Positions 29,187 to 39,620 of a stretch of DNA of 64,000 nucleotides are shown here, one piece after another (the stretch's first letter is position 1; each line of letters begins with the position of its first letter). Below the pieces are notes generated by a model. It was not told the DNA's origin, ran no database searches, and saw only the letters and a list, made by a program, of their open reading frames with translations. Both the position numbers and the translations under genes were made by a program. Source of the stretch: an uncultured bacterium (GTDB taxonomy: Bacteria; UBP7; UBA6624); the NCBI GenBank assembly GCA_964012435.1, contig CAXGSM010000002.1, positions 19,952 to 83,951 on the forward strand, written 5' to 3'.

Positions 29187-31720
29187 TTTATGCTTTTTTT
29201 AATGAATTCAATTGCCTTGTCTATCCCTTTTCTGTTTTTACCCCCGCCTTGAGAAAAGCTATCTCGTCCCCCTCCCCCTCCATTTAGAAATACTGAAATA
29301 TTTTTTAAAATTTCAGATGCATTTAACCCTTCTTTTACCAATGCTTTTGAAACAGAAATACAATAATTAAAACTTTCTTCTTCTGTGATCAAGAATGCCA
29401 AAACACGATCTTTGTTGCTTGAAAAAGATTTCGCTAAATCAGTCAGGATATCCCTATCTACACCTTTATGAACAACAAAAGAAATACCTTTTATATTTTG
29501 TGAAGAATCCATTAGTTCATCATGGTTCTTTTTAATTTTTAACTCAATTAAATTTTTATTTACCTTTCTTAAATCTTTTAACTCTTGCTCAAGTGATAAA
29601 ACCCTATCTTCAAACTTATCTTTATTTATGCTCCATTTATTTGAAATTCTTTTTATTACACCATGAGAGCTTGCAGCTAAATCTTGAGATAAAAAACCAG
29701 TAAAAGCTTCAAATCGCTTGACACCTTGTGCAATAGACGAAAAATTTGAAATGATGAAAGATCCGATTTGACTAGTTTTTTCAACATGCGTTCCTCCGCA
29801 TAATTCAATACTGAAATTTTCCCCCACTTCATCACCTATACTCACGACTCTTACTTTTTCAGCATCATACTTCTCGCCAAATAAAGCCATAGCGCCAATG
29901 GAACGCGCTTCTTTTAATGATGAAAAAGAAATATTAACATTGCAGTTAGAAGCTATCCATTGAGAAACCATTTTTTCAATCTTCGCAATATCAGAGTCTG
30001 ATATGTTTTCATTTAAAGTAACATCGAATCTCAATCTATCATTTTCTACAAGGCTGCCTGCCTGTGTGACCGAATCACCATAAATTAACCTTAATGCAGC
30101 ATGAAGCAAGTGGGTTGCTGTATGAGCTCTTTCGCAACCATATCTATGGCTCTTATTAATTTTCGTCTTTAAAAAATCACCTATTTTGAATTCCGTATCA
30201 GCTTTACCTTCATGGATCAACTTTCCTCTATCCCAGAAAGTCTTTTTTACATCTAGAACCAATTTTCCAGATTGATCTAAGAATCTTCCTTTGTCTCCAA
30301 TCTGACCCCCACCCTCTGGATAAAAACAAGTTTTATCTACGATTATTCTTGTTTTATCTTTTTTAACAGAGTAACTTTTAACTTCAGATTCCAAAACATA
30401 TCCTTCCTCTCTTGAGGTTGGATGATTTTCTCCTTTATAGGTCCAAGCATCATCCTTTTTTATCCTGTCAGATTTAGATCTTTCTCTTTGTTTTTTCATA
30501 CCCTCTTCAAAACCTTCGTAATCTATTTCCAAGCCTTTAAATGAAGCAATATCTTCAGATATCTCTAATGGAAGGCCGTAAGTGTCATACATTTCAAAAA
30601 GCACTGAACCTGGGATCTTTTTATCTTTGAATCCTACCAACTGCAGCTCAAGCTCTCTTTCACCTCTGCTAACAGTTTTTTTAAAAAGCAATTCCTCTCC
30701 TTCTATTACGCTAGATACAAAATCCCTTTTTTCTTTAAGCTCATGGTAAACATTCTCATAAAAAGAAATAGAGGGAAGCATGTCTTTAAGAAAAGATTTA
30801 TTTATTCCTAATGTCCTTCCTGCTCTTATAGCCCTTCTTAGGATTCTTCTCAAAACATAACCTTTTCCTATATTTGAAGGCAAAACCCCATCTGCTATTA
30901 AAAAAACAGAGCTTTTCAAATGATCTGCAATCACCCTTCTGCTTTCTTCATTTTTGCTTGAAGATAAAGAATTTAAAAAATCAAAAGAACCTTCAAAGAT
31001 GTCGGTATCAAAAACACTACTCTTTCCTTGGATTGCAGCAGTCACTCTTTCAAGACCCATTCCTGTATCTATATTCTTGCAAGGAAGATCCCCGATCGTG
31101 CCATCTTTCAATTTATTATTTGACATGAAAACCAAATTCCATATCTCCATAAACCTTTCAGAATTATTAGCTGGAGTTTTTCCTGGGTCAACCTCCTCCC
31201 CAAAGTCATAGAATATTTCTGAACATGGTCCGCAGGGCCCATTTGAACCCATTGACCAAAAGTTATCATCATCCAAAAAAAGCAATTTATCTTTAGGGAA
31301 TCCAATTTCTTTGATCCATATATCTGCTGCTTCAAAATCATCCTTATAAACAGTTACCCATAAATTATCGGGTTTTAAATGTAGTTCGCTCAACAGGAAA
31401 TCCCAAGAAAGTTCAATAGCTTCTTTTTTAAAATAATCTCCAATAGAAAAATTTCCTAGCATTTCAAAAAAAGTACAATGTCTTGGAGTTTTGCCAACAG
31501 AATCTATATCAATTGTTCTTATGCATTTTTGACAACTAGCCAATCTTTTATTTGGAGGTTTTTTTTCACCTAAAAAATAAGGTTTTAATGGAGCCATCCC
31601 AGCTGCATTAAATAAAAGTGTTGGATCTCCATTTATTGGCAAAGGGGCGCTTTCAACAATGGAATGACCATTATTTTTGAAATATTTCAAAAATCTACTT
31701 CTTACTTCATGTGATTTCAT
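29183..31720 (-). CDS. alaS: Alanine--tRNA ligase
   Basis: DPTLLFNAAGM, FFEMLGNFS, GPCGPCSE, IDTGMGLER, HTATHLLH editing site, ELCGGTH, GGGGG. Confidence 0.98.
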   Translation of the reverse strand: MKSHEVRSRFLKYFKNNGHSIVESAPLPINGDPTLLFNAAGMAPLKPYFLGEKKPPNKRLASCQKCIRTIDIDSVGKTPRHCTFFEMLGNFSIGDYFKKEAIELSWDFLLSELHLKPDNLWVTVYKDDFEAADIWIKEIGFPKDKLLFLDDDNFWSMGSNGPCGPCSEIFYDFGEEVDPGKTPANNSERFMEIWNLVFMSNNKLKDGTIGDLPCKNIDTGMGLERVTAAIQGKSSVFDTDIFEGSFDFLNSLSSSKNEESRRVIADHLKSSVFLIADGVLPSNIGKGYVLRRILRRAIRAGRTLGINKSFLKDMLPSISFYENVYHELKEKRDFVSSVIEGEELLFKKTVSRGERELELQLVGFKDKKIPGSVLFEMYDTYGLPLEISEDIASFKGLEIDYEGFEEGMKKQRERSKSDRIKKDDAWTYKGENHPTSREEGYVLESEVKSYSVKKDKTRIIVDKTCFYPEGGGQIGDKGRFLDQSGKLVLDVKKTFWDRGKLIHEGKADTEFKIGDFLKTKINKSHRYGCERAHTATHLLHAALRLIYGDSVTQAGSLVENDRLRFDVTLNENISDSDIAKIEKMVSQWIASNCNVNISFSSLKEARSIGAMALFGEKYDAEKVRVVSIGDEVGENFSIELCGGTHVEKTSQIGSFIISNFSSIAQGVKRFEAFTGFLSQDLAASSHGVIKRISNKWSINKDKFEDRVLSLEQELKDLRKVNKNLIELKIKKNHDELMDSSQNIKGISFVVHKGVDRDILTDLAKSFSSNKDRVLAFLITEEESFNYCISVSKALVKEGLNASEILKNISVFLNGGGGGRDSFSQGGGKNRKGIDKAIEFIKKSIK

Positions 31721-31731
31721 TAATTATTATT

Positions 31732-33288
31732 TTAGATTTGATAATCGGAATTCAACACAAATGAACTATCTAGACCAGCTCTTCTTGCTTGATTCACGGC
31801 CATTTTCATAAAATCTAACTGCTTTATCGAATGAGCATCTGTATTCAAAGACAACTTAACGCCTGATTTACTTGCATTCTTTGCAATGCTCGCATCAACA
31901 TCCAACCTTTCAGGATTGCCGTTAATCTCAAGAGCGATATTTCTCTCTAACAACTTTGAAAAAACTTTGGGCCAATCAACATCATAGCCCTCTCTTGTTA
32001 ATAATTTTCTCCCTGTTGAATGACCTAATACATTAATATGTGGGTTTTCAAGAGCTTTCAATATCCTTTCAGTTTGATCCCCATTTAAATTTTGATGAAT
32101 ACTCGCTACAACCCAATCAACTTTCTCTAAAACAGAATCGTCATAATCAAGAGAGCCATCATTCAAAATGTCACATTCAGTCCCAGTCAAAACCTCTAAA
32201 TCCCAATTTTTATTTTTTATATATGATACCTGATCAAACAAACTCTCTTCTTTTAACCCTCCTGCGTAAGAAGCGCTCTTGCTGTGATCAGTAATAGCTA
32301 TTCTTGAATAACCTTTAGCGCAAGATCCAGATACCATATCATCTATTGAATCAAAACCATCACTCCAATTAGTATGCATGTGCATGTCTAGATTTATATC
32401 GTCTATGCTTAAAAGCTCAGGGACATTTTTTTTAAACTCGCAAGGATTCCATATTCTTAACTCAGGTGGAATGTAAGAATACCCATTAAGATCATAAATC
32501 TCTTCTTCGGATTCGACTTTATACAACTTTAAGCTGTCTAAATGTTTTTTTGTAGAAGTTGTTTCAAGCCATCTCTTGCCAAACTCATTCTTTTTAGAAA
32601 TTGAAACCTTTATTGACCTTCCATTATATGAAAATTCAATCTGTTCACCTTGAACTCTCCCCTTAAGAGAAGAAGCAAAATTACCAATATTGAAACCAGG
32701 ATCACAAATATAAATTAATTCAACACACTCTAAGACTTCATCGCATCTCCTCAAGCCTCCAGTTTCTCTAAAATCAATATGATGATACTTATTTTGTATT
32801 GCTTCAAAAATATCTTGTCCTTCTGATAATAAAAACTTACCCTTATAGCTTGCATAAAGCTTGATTCCTCTTCTTATGTTCTCATTTTGAGACTTGGAAA
32901 AAAAAGCTAAATCATTTTTAAAAATATTCTCTTTTAGGCTTTCGTAACTAAATATTTTTTCTTTAAATAATTTTTTCATAGAACCAAGACCCAAACCTCG
33001 AATTTTAGATAACTCCCAAAAAGCAGCTGGTATTTTTTCATCTAACTCATCAAGCTCTGAAAGCCTTCCTGTTAATTTTATTTCTGCTATTTTTTTTGCT
33101 ATCGAGGGTCCAATCCCTGGAATCTTTTGATAATCATCTATTAAATGAAATGAATCATTCGAATTAGCTACGGTGTTTGAAGCTTTTCGTATTGCCGAAA
33201 TTTTAAAAGGATTGCTGCCTATTAGCTCTTTTGAATCTGCTAATCTAGATAATATTTTGGATATTTTTAAATTCAAAGAATCAGCCAC
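31732..33288 (-). CDS. polX: DNA polymerase X family protein with PHP domain (non-canonical polymerase site)
   Basis: N-terminal NPFK, HhH IPGIG, GGLRR, YIPPELR; PHP motifs DMHMHT.WSDG, TDHS, SIH, EING.PERLD, NTDAH. Confidence 0.9.
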   Translation of the reverse strand: MADSLNLKISKILSRLADSKELIGSNPFKISAIRKASNTVANSNDSFHLIDDYQKIPGIGPSIAKKIAEIKLTGRLSELDELDEKIPAAFWELSKIRGLGLGSMKKLFKEKIFSYESLKENIFKNDLAFFSKSQNENIRRGIKLYASYKGKFLLSEGQDIFEAIQNKYHHIDFRETGGLRRCDEVLECVELIYICDPGFNIGNFASSLKGRVQGEQIEFSYNGRSIKVSISKKNEFGKRWLETTSTKKHLDSLKLYKVESEEEIYDLNGYSYIPPELRIWNPCEFKKNVPELLSIDDINLDMHMHTNWSDGFDSIDDMVSGSCAKGYSRIAITDHSKSASYAGGLKEESLFDQVSYIKNKNWDLEVLTGTECDILNDGSLDYDDSVLEKVDWVVASIHQNLNGDQTERILKALENPHINVLGHSTGRKLLTREGYDVDWPKVFSKLLERNIALEINGNPERLDVDASIAKNASKSGVKLSLNTDAHSIKQLDFMKMAVNQARRAGLDSSFVLNSDYQI

Positions 33289-33329
33289 AATGATTCAATT
33301 CTAAATTTAGACTAGAGACAATAGCGGGA

Positions 33330-34994
33330 TTAAAAATCATTATCAGAAAGTTTTCTATAATTAACGTCTACTGAATCAAGTCTTTTTGAATTGATCTCCC
33401 ATCTTTTCAAAAAATTATCATAATTTTTAAACTCTGGCAAAGTCCAGACAACTTCAGCCATCGCTACAGTTCTAGGAAAGGCCATATACATAAGCTTATC
33501 CCAATCATAAATATACTCGGTCCATAAATTACCCTGTGCTCCTAAGACTCTATTAATTTTATCTTTATCCAACTCTTCAGGAACAGGGTCAAACGAATAA
33601 ACTTTTTTTAATGGCAGGTATCCACCAATTGCCTCAGGTTCATTTTCAGGGTCATCTTGATAATAATCAAAATATGAATGAGAGGTTGGAGACATGACAA
33701 TGTCATGACCTTTGTTTGCTGCATCTATTCCATATTGCCAATTTCTCCAAACCATCATTGCAGCATTTGGAGCAAGACCCCCCTCTTGAATCTCGTCCCA
33801 GCCAATTAGGCGTCGATTGTTTTTATTTAAAAATGATTCTATTTTTGCAATATACCAACTCTGTAAGCCATGCTCATCAACCAAATCCTCTCTTTGGATG
33901 AAATCTTGAACATCGGGATTGTTTTTCCATGGCCCTTTTGGAGCCTCATCTCCTCCAATATGTATAAATTCTGAAGGAAAAAGATCCATAACTTCAGAAA
34001 GAACATCCTGCAAAAAGAGAAAAGTTTCCTCTTTTATGTTGTAAACCCCATCAGAAACACCCCATCTTGTTAGGACTTCAGTAGGTCCATTTGGGTTTCC
34101 GAACTGAGGGTAAGATGCAATTGCAGCAGATGAATGTCCAGGTATTTCTATCTCAGGAACAACATTAATAAATAATTGTCCTGCATATTCAACAACTTCT
34201 TTAACCTCTTTTTGAGTGTAAAAACCACAATATTCAACCCCGTCCCCAGCATTCCTATTCCCTTTTTGTGGAGACTCGCTTCTGCAGCTACCAAATTCAG
34301 TAAGCCTTGGCCATTTTTTAATCTCAATTCTCCATCCCTGATCTTCTGTGAGATGCCAATGAAAATTATTGAATTTGTAAAATGCCAACAAATCTAAAAA
34401 TTTCTTTATTTCATCAACGCTAAAAAAATGCCTACCTACATCAAGATGCATTCCTCTCCATTTAAACCTTGGAAAATCGCTGACCTTCAAACCGGGAAGA
34501 GAACATTTTTCATCAAGGCAACTTTTTTTATCTCTTTCAATGCTCAGAGGCAACAACTGTCTTATCGTTTGAATGGCATAAAAAAGACCTTTAGGTGATT
34601 TTGCTCCAATATAAATCGTATCGGAACTAATGTCAAGAATGTAACCTTCATCACCAATTTCAGGATTTTTAAATGCGGGATGATCATCGCTTATAACAAC
34701 TTTTTTTTGCTTGAGTTCTTTATTGACAACCATCTCTAAAAGGCTCACTGAAAAAGGAGTTGTTAGGCTTTCATCTTTTAGCTTGCTTGGATGCGGAACA
34801 ATATTTAAAATCTCAAAAAAATAATTAGAAACCTCATAAGATTTTGCATCTTGAAAATCAAGATAAAAGACAACATCTTCATCAAAATTAAAAACCTGCT
34901 CAGTTATTGTCATGTTGTTCGGTTGAGGGATTATTGAAACTTGATGCTTATCCATTTCAAACAAAAAAAGAAAATAAAGAAAAATTGAATACAT
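33330..34994 (-). CDS. Beta-N-acetylhexosaminidase (GH20)
   Basis: IIPQP, DFPRFKWRGMHLDVGRHF, HWHLTEDQGWR, PEIEIPGH, catalytic HIGGDE, GWDEI, WTEY; SD GAGGT. Confidence 0.96.
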   Translation of the reverse strand: MYSIFLYFLFLFEMDKHQVSIIPQPNNMTITEQVFNFDEDVVFYLDFQDAKSYEVSNYFFEILNIVPHPSKLKDESLTTPFSVSLLEMVVNKELKQKKVVISDDHPAFKNPEIGDEGYILDISSDTIYIGAKSPKGLFYAIQTIRQLLPLSIERDKKSCLDEKCSLPGLKVSDFPRFKWRGMHLDVGRHFFSVDEIKKFLDLLAFYKFNNFHWHLTEDQGWRIEIKKWPRLTEFGSCRSESPQKGNRNAGDGVEYCGFYTQKEVKEVVEYAGQLFINVVPEIEIPGHSSAAIASYPQFGNPNGPTEVLTRWGVSDGVYNIKEETFLFLQDVLSEVMDLFPSEFIHIGGDEAPKGPWKNNPDVQDFIQREDLVDEHGLQSWYIAKIESFLNKNNRRLIGWDEIQEGGLAPNAAMMVWRNWQYGIDAANKGHDIVMSPTSHSYFDYYQDDPENEPEAIGGYLPLKKVYSFDPVPEELDKDKINRVLGAQGNLWTEYIYDWDKLMYMAFPRTVAMAEVVWTLPEFKNYDNFLKRWEINSKRLDSVDVNYRKLSDNDF

Positions 34995-35038
34995 ATAAAA
35001 TACCTCTTGTTTCTAAAAAAATCATTAATATAAAGTCT

Positions 35039-37717
35039 ATGCTAATAAAAACAATAACAATATTACTTTTTTCACTCTCTCCTTTTTTGAAAGAGCCTTG
35101 TGTAAAGATTGGAACAGCAGGTGCAAAATGGAGTATGAAAAAAAATTGCTATATTGTCACCATTCCTGATGAAAAAGAAACGAAAACACATAGAGGAATA
35201 GACGGCATAAAGTGGATGGATGACTGGCATGTTATTGGTCCATTTCCAAGCGGATCAAGAGAGCTTGGGATGGATCCTTTTTTATCTTTTGATGATATAT
35301 CTAAAAAGGAATTTAACTTCGAAAAATCTTACCCTAGTGAGCTTGTAGATGGTGGCATGATATCTTGGAAAAAAATCAAATCAAAAAATGATGGCTGGGT
35401 CAATGTATCATTCCCAGATGTAAGGTGGCAACCGCTTCAAGATCATCATGGCTGGGCTGGGATAATATTTAAAGGATGGGCGATAGGTAAATTTTTTGTT
35501 GAAAAATCAGGAAAATATCTAGCACAATGCTTATCAACATCTAAATTTTTAATTAACAATAAGATTGTCAATGGTGACATTTATGCAGATGGATATGGGT
35601 GGTTTCTTGTAAATTTAAGTAAAGGAGAGCATTCAATAAAAATACCTTTGAGTGGTTTTGAATCAGATTCTTTCAAGTGTCATTTCAAAAAATCAAATGA
35701 TAATTTTTTTATACTGCCTGGAGATACCATTGTTCCAGACCTTCTTGAAGGTGAAATTGTTTCAAATTATTTCTCAATACCAATAATAAATACTTCTAAT
35801 GATTGGATAAACAAAATAAACATAAATATAAAAAAACCACTGGAGCTTGTAAGTAAAACAATAGAGGTAAAAATAGCCCCTGGTCAAGTTTATCCAATTG
35901 CAATCAAATTAAAAAATATAGAACAATATTTCGAAGATTGTCCTTTGAGGTCAACAATAACAATTTCAACAAATGGGGAAGATCATCAAGATCATGATTT
36001 TCAAATAAGGTGTAGAAAATTGGATCAATCGTTTCGATATACATTCATAGGTCAAGATGGAAGTATTCAATACGCATCCGCAAGAGCTCCTCTTAAAGAA
36101 TGTGAAGAAGATTTTTTAAATGATCAAATTCTTAAATTTTCATGTCCTGTAATACTCACTACACATGGAGCTGGCGTAAAAGCAGAGGGCCAAGCGGAAG
36201 CATACTCGTCAAAAGAAAATGCCTGGGTTCTAGCACCTACAGGAAGAAGAAGATTTGGATATGATTGGGAGGGTCCTGGAAGGATCAATGCAATGAATGC
36301 ATTACATGCATTGCCAACACACATCAAATCATTGAGTAAAAGAAAACATGACCCATATAGGGTTCTTTTTACAGGTCATTCAATGGGTGGACATGGAGCA
36401 TGGAGCCTTTCTCTGCGATATCCCGATAGAGCAATTGCATCTGCTCCTGCTGCTGGATGGATTAAATTTCAGCATTATGTTTCTTATTTCCTCAGACCTG
36501 GAGATAGCTATATAGATCCAATACTAAAGGGAATCTTAGAAACATCAATAGCAGAACACAATAATGATCTATATGCTTCAAATATGAAAGGCATTCCTGT
36601 TCTTGCAAGAGTTGGCGGAGATGACCAATCTGTTCCTCCATGGCATTTAAGAAGAATGTCAAGGATGCTTTTAGAAGAAGGTGTTGACTCAACTGTGTCT
36701 GAAGTTCCAGGAAAAGGTCACTGGTGGGGAGGGGTTGTAGACGATCAAGAAATGAATAATTTTTTTAATTCCCATATTGAATCTAAACCCCAAGCAACAA
36801 ATGAATTTTCTATTACAGTTTTAAACACTTCATCTTTTGAATCTAAAGGTGGGATAAAACCCTTACAGTTAAACACACCTTACAGACTTGGAAAGATACA
36901 AGTTAACGTGCAGCAAAAAACACATTATTTAAAAACCTTAAATATAAAAAGTTTAAAAATACTAGCAAAAGAAGCAAATATTTACAATGAAAAAATAAAT
37001 CAAATCAATATTGATGGAGAAAATTTTTCAATAGAAGGCGAATCTTATTTTTGCAAATTGGAAAAATTAAACACCTGGCAGCAATGCACAAAAGAAGAAA
37101 TTGAATCTAGAGAGGAAAGGATGCCGGAAAGCATGGGGCCTGCAAGACAGATACTCGAAAAAGATTTCGTTATCGTCTATGGGTCAAATGGAAGCGAGAA
37201 ACAAACAAAAAACAGAATTGAAAGAGCGGTATTTATTGCAAATGATTGGTTTTTAAGAGGTAGAGGCTCGGTTGAAATCTACTCAGATAAAGAAATAATG
37301 AATTCAAATCTCCAAAATAAAAATTTGATACTTTTAGGTGGGCCAAAGACTAATCTTCTTTCAAATATATTTATACAGGACAATTCTTTCATATCTTATG
37401 AGCATCAGGAAGATGCGGTTAACATAGATGGAGCTGGCAGCTTTAAGAATCCAGGAACAGGATTTCAATTTTTAACATTTTCAAAATATAAAAACAATCA
37501 AACTTTAGCATTGATAATAGGCGGTGTTGACGAAAAAGGATTTTCAAATACTTTTCAAATATTTCCATTTTCATCAGGTGTAACAGTTCCTGATTTCATG
37601 ATAATAAACAATGAATTTAAATCAAAAGGATCAGGTGGCATATTAGCTGCTGGATTCTGGTCAAATGACTGGAGTTTTAATCCAGCAATAGGCTATTCTG
37701 TTAATCAAGAAAAATAA
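35039..37717 (+). CDS. Large secreted alpha/beta-hydrolase (S9-like peptidase/esterase) with extra N- and C-terminal domains
   Basis: Signal peptide from ATG 35039, W.VIGPF, HGAGV, nucleophile GHSMGGHG, GGDD.SVP, GKGHWW, NLILLGGP..N; the 34907 start would overlap GH20 head-to-head. Confidence 0.8.
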   Translation: MLIKTITILLFSLSPFLKEPCVKIGTAGAKWSMKKNCYIVTIPDEKETKTHRGIDGIKWMDDWHVIGPFPSGSRELGMDPFLSFDDISKKEFNFEKSYPSELVDGGMISWKKIKSKNDGWVNVSFPDVRWQPLQDHHGWAGIIFKGWAIGKFFVEKSGKYLAQCLSTSKFLINNKIVNGDIYADGYGWFLVNLSKGEHSIKIPLSGFESDSFKCHFKKSNDNFFILPGDTIVPDLLEGEIVSNYFSIPIINTSNDWINKININIKKPLELVSKTIEVKIAPGQVYPIAIKLKNIEQYFEDCPLRSTITISTNGEDHQDHDFQIRCRKLDQSFRYTFIGQDGSIQYASARAPLKECEEDFLNDQILKFSCPVILTTHGAGVKAEGQAEAYSSKENAWVLAPTGRRRFGYDWEGPGRINAMNALHALPTHIKSLSKRKHDPYRVLFTGHSMGGHGAWSLSLRYPDRAIASAPAAGWIKFQHYVSYFLRPGDSYIDPILKGILETSIAEHNNDLYASNMKGIPVLARVGGDDQSVPPWHLRRMSRMLLEEGVDSTVSEVPGKGHWWGGVVDDQEMNNFFNSHIESKPQATNEFSITVLNTSSFESKGGIKPLQLNTPYRLGKIQVNVQQKTHYLKTLNIKSLKILAKEANIYNEKINQINIDGENFSIEGESYFCKLEKLNTWQQCTKEEIESREERMPESMGPARQILEKDFVIVYGSNGSEKQTKNRIERAVFIANDWFLRGRGSVEIYSDKEIMNSNLQNKNLILLGGPKTNLLSNIFIQDNSFISYEHQEDAVNIDGAGSFKNPGTGFQFLTFSKYKNNQTLALIIGGVDEKGFSNTFQIFPFSSGVTVPDFMIINNEFKSKGSGGILAAGFWSNDWSFNPAIGYSVNQEK

Positions 37718-38181
37718 AAATTCAAAATTTCCAAAGTAAACGAAAAAGGAACCAATATAACAGTCAGAATAAGTGGGATTAGAACAAAATCGCATCTTAA
37801 ACAATTTTTTTTACTTTTCTCAATACCCTTAATACTGTTTTCTATTTCATAAGATACTTTAGTGCAAAATTTCAAACTTGCAGCTTCAACCAATATGGCA
37901 ATAATAACAACGAGCAATTTAATCTTGATTGCCGAAGAAGTAATCACATAAGAAATAAAAATTGGGTTTTCAAAAAAAAGTATTATTGAAGCTAAGACAG
38001 GACCAATTGTCATTAAAAATATTTCAGATCGTCTCATGGGGCCCTCAAGCTTTCTAGCTTTTTCAAAATCATCTTTTTGAATCTTTTTCACATAAGAAAA
38101 CCTATAAAAAACAAACAAAAGCCACAAGACAGAAAGTAAATTTTGAATTTGCCATAAAGCAATATTTGATGAAGAATCCAT
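37705..38181 (-). CDS. Hypothetical membrane protein (about 4 TM)
   Basis: Four hydrophobic stretches; coupled to the apgM stop. Confidence 0.6.
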   Translation of the reverse strand: MDSSSNIALWQIQNLLSVLWLLFVFYRFSYVKKIQKDDFEKARKLEGPMRRSEIFLMTIGPVLASIILFFENPIFISYVITSSAIKIKLLVVIIAILVEAASLKFCTKVSYEIENSIKGIEKSKKNCLRCDFVLIPLILTVILVPFSFTLEILNFYFS

Positions 38182-39368
38182 TAGCTTAAATAAGTTTTTA
38201 GCCTAGAGGCATTGGCAAGAACTAGAGACATGATATCTTTTGCATAAATTGAGCCAATGGAACCTTTTTTTGCTTCAATCTCGTTAAACCTCAAAAGATT
38301 GTCTCCCTGAGACTTCCCTCCATGTATCAAAATTGGAACCCTATGCCATGAATGACCTTTATAAGAGCATGGAGTGCAATGATCTCCAGTTACAACCAAA
38401 ACATCAAAATTGGAATTATCCATAATTTTTTTAATAATGGAATCAGCCTCTTCTACACATAAAGTTTTTCTTTTAAAGTCGCCATCTTCGCCAGCAGCAT
38501 CAGTATCTTTGTAATGAAAAAAAACAAAATCCTCTTTTGCGCTTATGGTTGCTTCAATTCTCTTCTCTATATCATTTGGATATTTTTTTACATTCATGCC
38601 TAGGTATTTTGCAACACCAATATAACAAGGATAATTTGCTACAGCTTTACAGGTAAGTAAATGTTTCCTTTCCAAGGTCGTAATTGGCTTTAAAACATCT
38701 GCTCCTCTCAATAAAACACAATTTGCTCTTTTTTCATTCTTAATTAAATCGTTAGCGAACTCTACCCAGGCAGACATAACTAATCTAGATCTCCTTAAAT
38801 TACTATCTACTGAAGGGAAAAAGGGTTCTACATTTGTTTTTCCAGAATCATTTCCTGGCAAAGGGCCTTTTAAACCTTTTCCTTTGAAAACCACAGAAAA
38901 CCTATGCCCTTTTCCTTGGATAACCTCAACAGTGCAGCCTTCTACATTAATTTTTGAAATTTTATTTAAAATTGCTGAAGCCTCGCCGGTACCTATTCTT
39001 CCAGCTCTTCTATCGATAATTTTTCCATTTTCAGAAAAAGCTAAATTCCCTCTGACGGCCAAATCTCCTGGAGAAAGATCGAAACCCAAACCAAGAGCCT
39101 CTACAACTCCACGACCCACTGTATCTTTCAAGGGGTCAAAACCAAAAAGAGCCATGTGTGCCATTTCTGAACCAGGCGTAATACCTTCTTCAATTGGAAG
39201 ATGCATGCCCATTGAACTTTTTGGAGAGATTGAATCAAGATATGGAGTTTGCGCTTCAACTAATGGGGTCTTGGAATACTGATTAGGAATATCCCCTACT
39301 CCATCAATAACAAAAAATAGAATACGTCCACCGCTTGTCGCTAACTGATTCCAATTTAAACTCATCAA
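38181..39368 (-). CDS. apgM: 2,3-bisphosphoglycerate-independent phosphoglycerate mutase (ApgM/archaeal type)
   Basis: IDGVGD, TP, PGSE..H.ALFG, GRG..EALG, DRRAGRI, H.K.TD.AGEDGD, TGDHCTP, HSWH.VP. Confidence 0.92.
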   Translation of the reverse strand: MMSLNWNQLATSGGRILFFVIDGVGDIPNQYSKTPLVEAQTPYLDSISPKSSMGMHLPIEEGITPGSEMAHMALFGFDPLKDTVGRGVVEALGLGFDLSPGDLAVRGNLAFSENGKIIDRRAGRIGTGEASAILNKISKINVEGCTVEVIQGKGHRFSVVFKGKGLKGPLPGNDSGKTNVEPFFPSVDSNLRRSRLVMSAWVEFANDLIKNEKRANCVLLRGADVLKPITTLERKHLLTCKAVANYPCYIGVAKYLGMNVKKYPNDIEKRIEATISAKEDFVFFHYKDTDAAGEDGDFKRKTLCVEEADSIIKKIMDNSNFDVLVVTGDHCTPCSYKGHSWHRVPILIHGGKSQGDNLLRFNEIEAKKGSIGSIYAKDIMSLVLANASRLKTYLS

Positions 39369-39620
39369 CTACTCGAAATACTTGCTATTTATCTCTATGT
39401 AACCACTCCACTCTTCAGGAAGATCCTCTTCTGGAAAAATAGCTTCAACTGGACAAACCGAAACACAAGCCCCACAATCAATACATGTGTCAGGATCTAT
39501 ATAACATTGATTTTCACCTTCATCATCCTCTTCTCTCGGGTGTATACAATCAACAGGACAGGCATCAATGCAAGCTCTATCCTTCTCTCCGATACAGGGC
39601 TCAGCAATAATATGAGTCAT
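39369..39620 (-). CDS. 7Fe (3Fe-4S + 4Fe-4S) ferredoxin
   Basis: CIGEKDRACIDACPVDCI and CIDCGACVSVCPVEAI. Confidence 0.93.
   Translation of the reverse strand: MTHIIAEPCIGEKDRACIDACPVDCIHPREEDDEGENQCYIDPDTCIDCGACVSVCPVEAIFPEEDLPEEWSGYIEINSKYFE

Noticed and set aside
34907..35038. Longer N terminus for the alpha/beta hydrolase
   Set aside because: It would overlap GH20 head-to-head; the signal peptide begins at ATG 35039
8281..39170. Repeated Asp-to-Glu changes in catalytic motifs (MraY, FtsK, tRNA nucleotidyltransferase), suggesting codon reassignment
   Set aside because: GAA also encodes invariant Glu (e.g. UvrA DEPT); CGA, CGG and AGG sit at conserved Arg sites; TGA acts as stop in ATGA overlaps. 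The standard code fits, and drift is the simpler explanation
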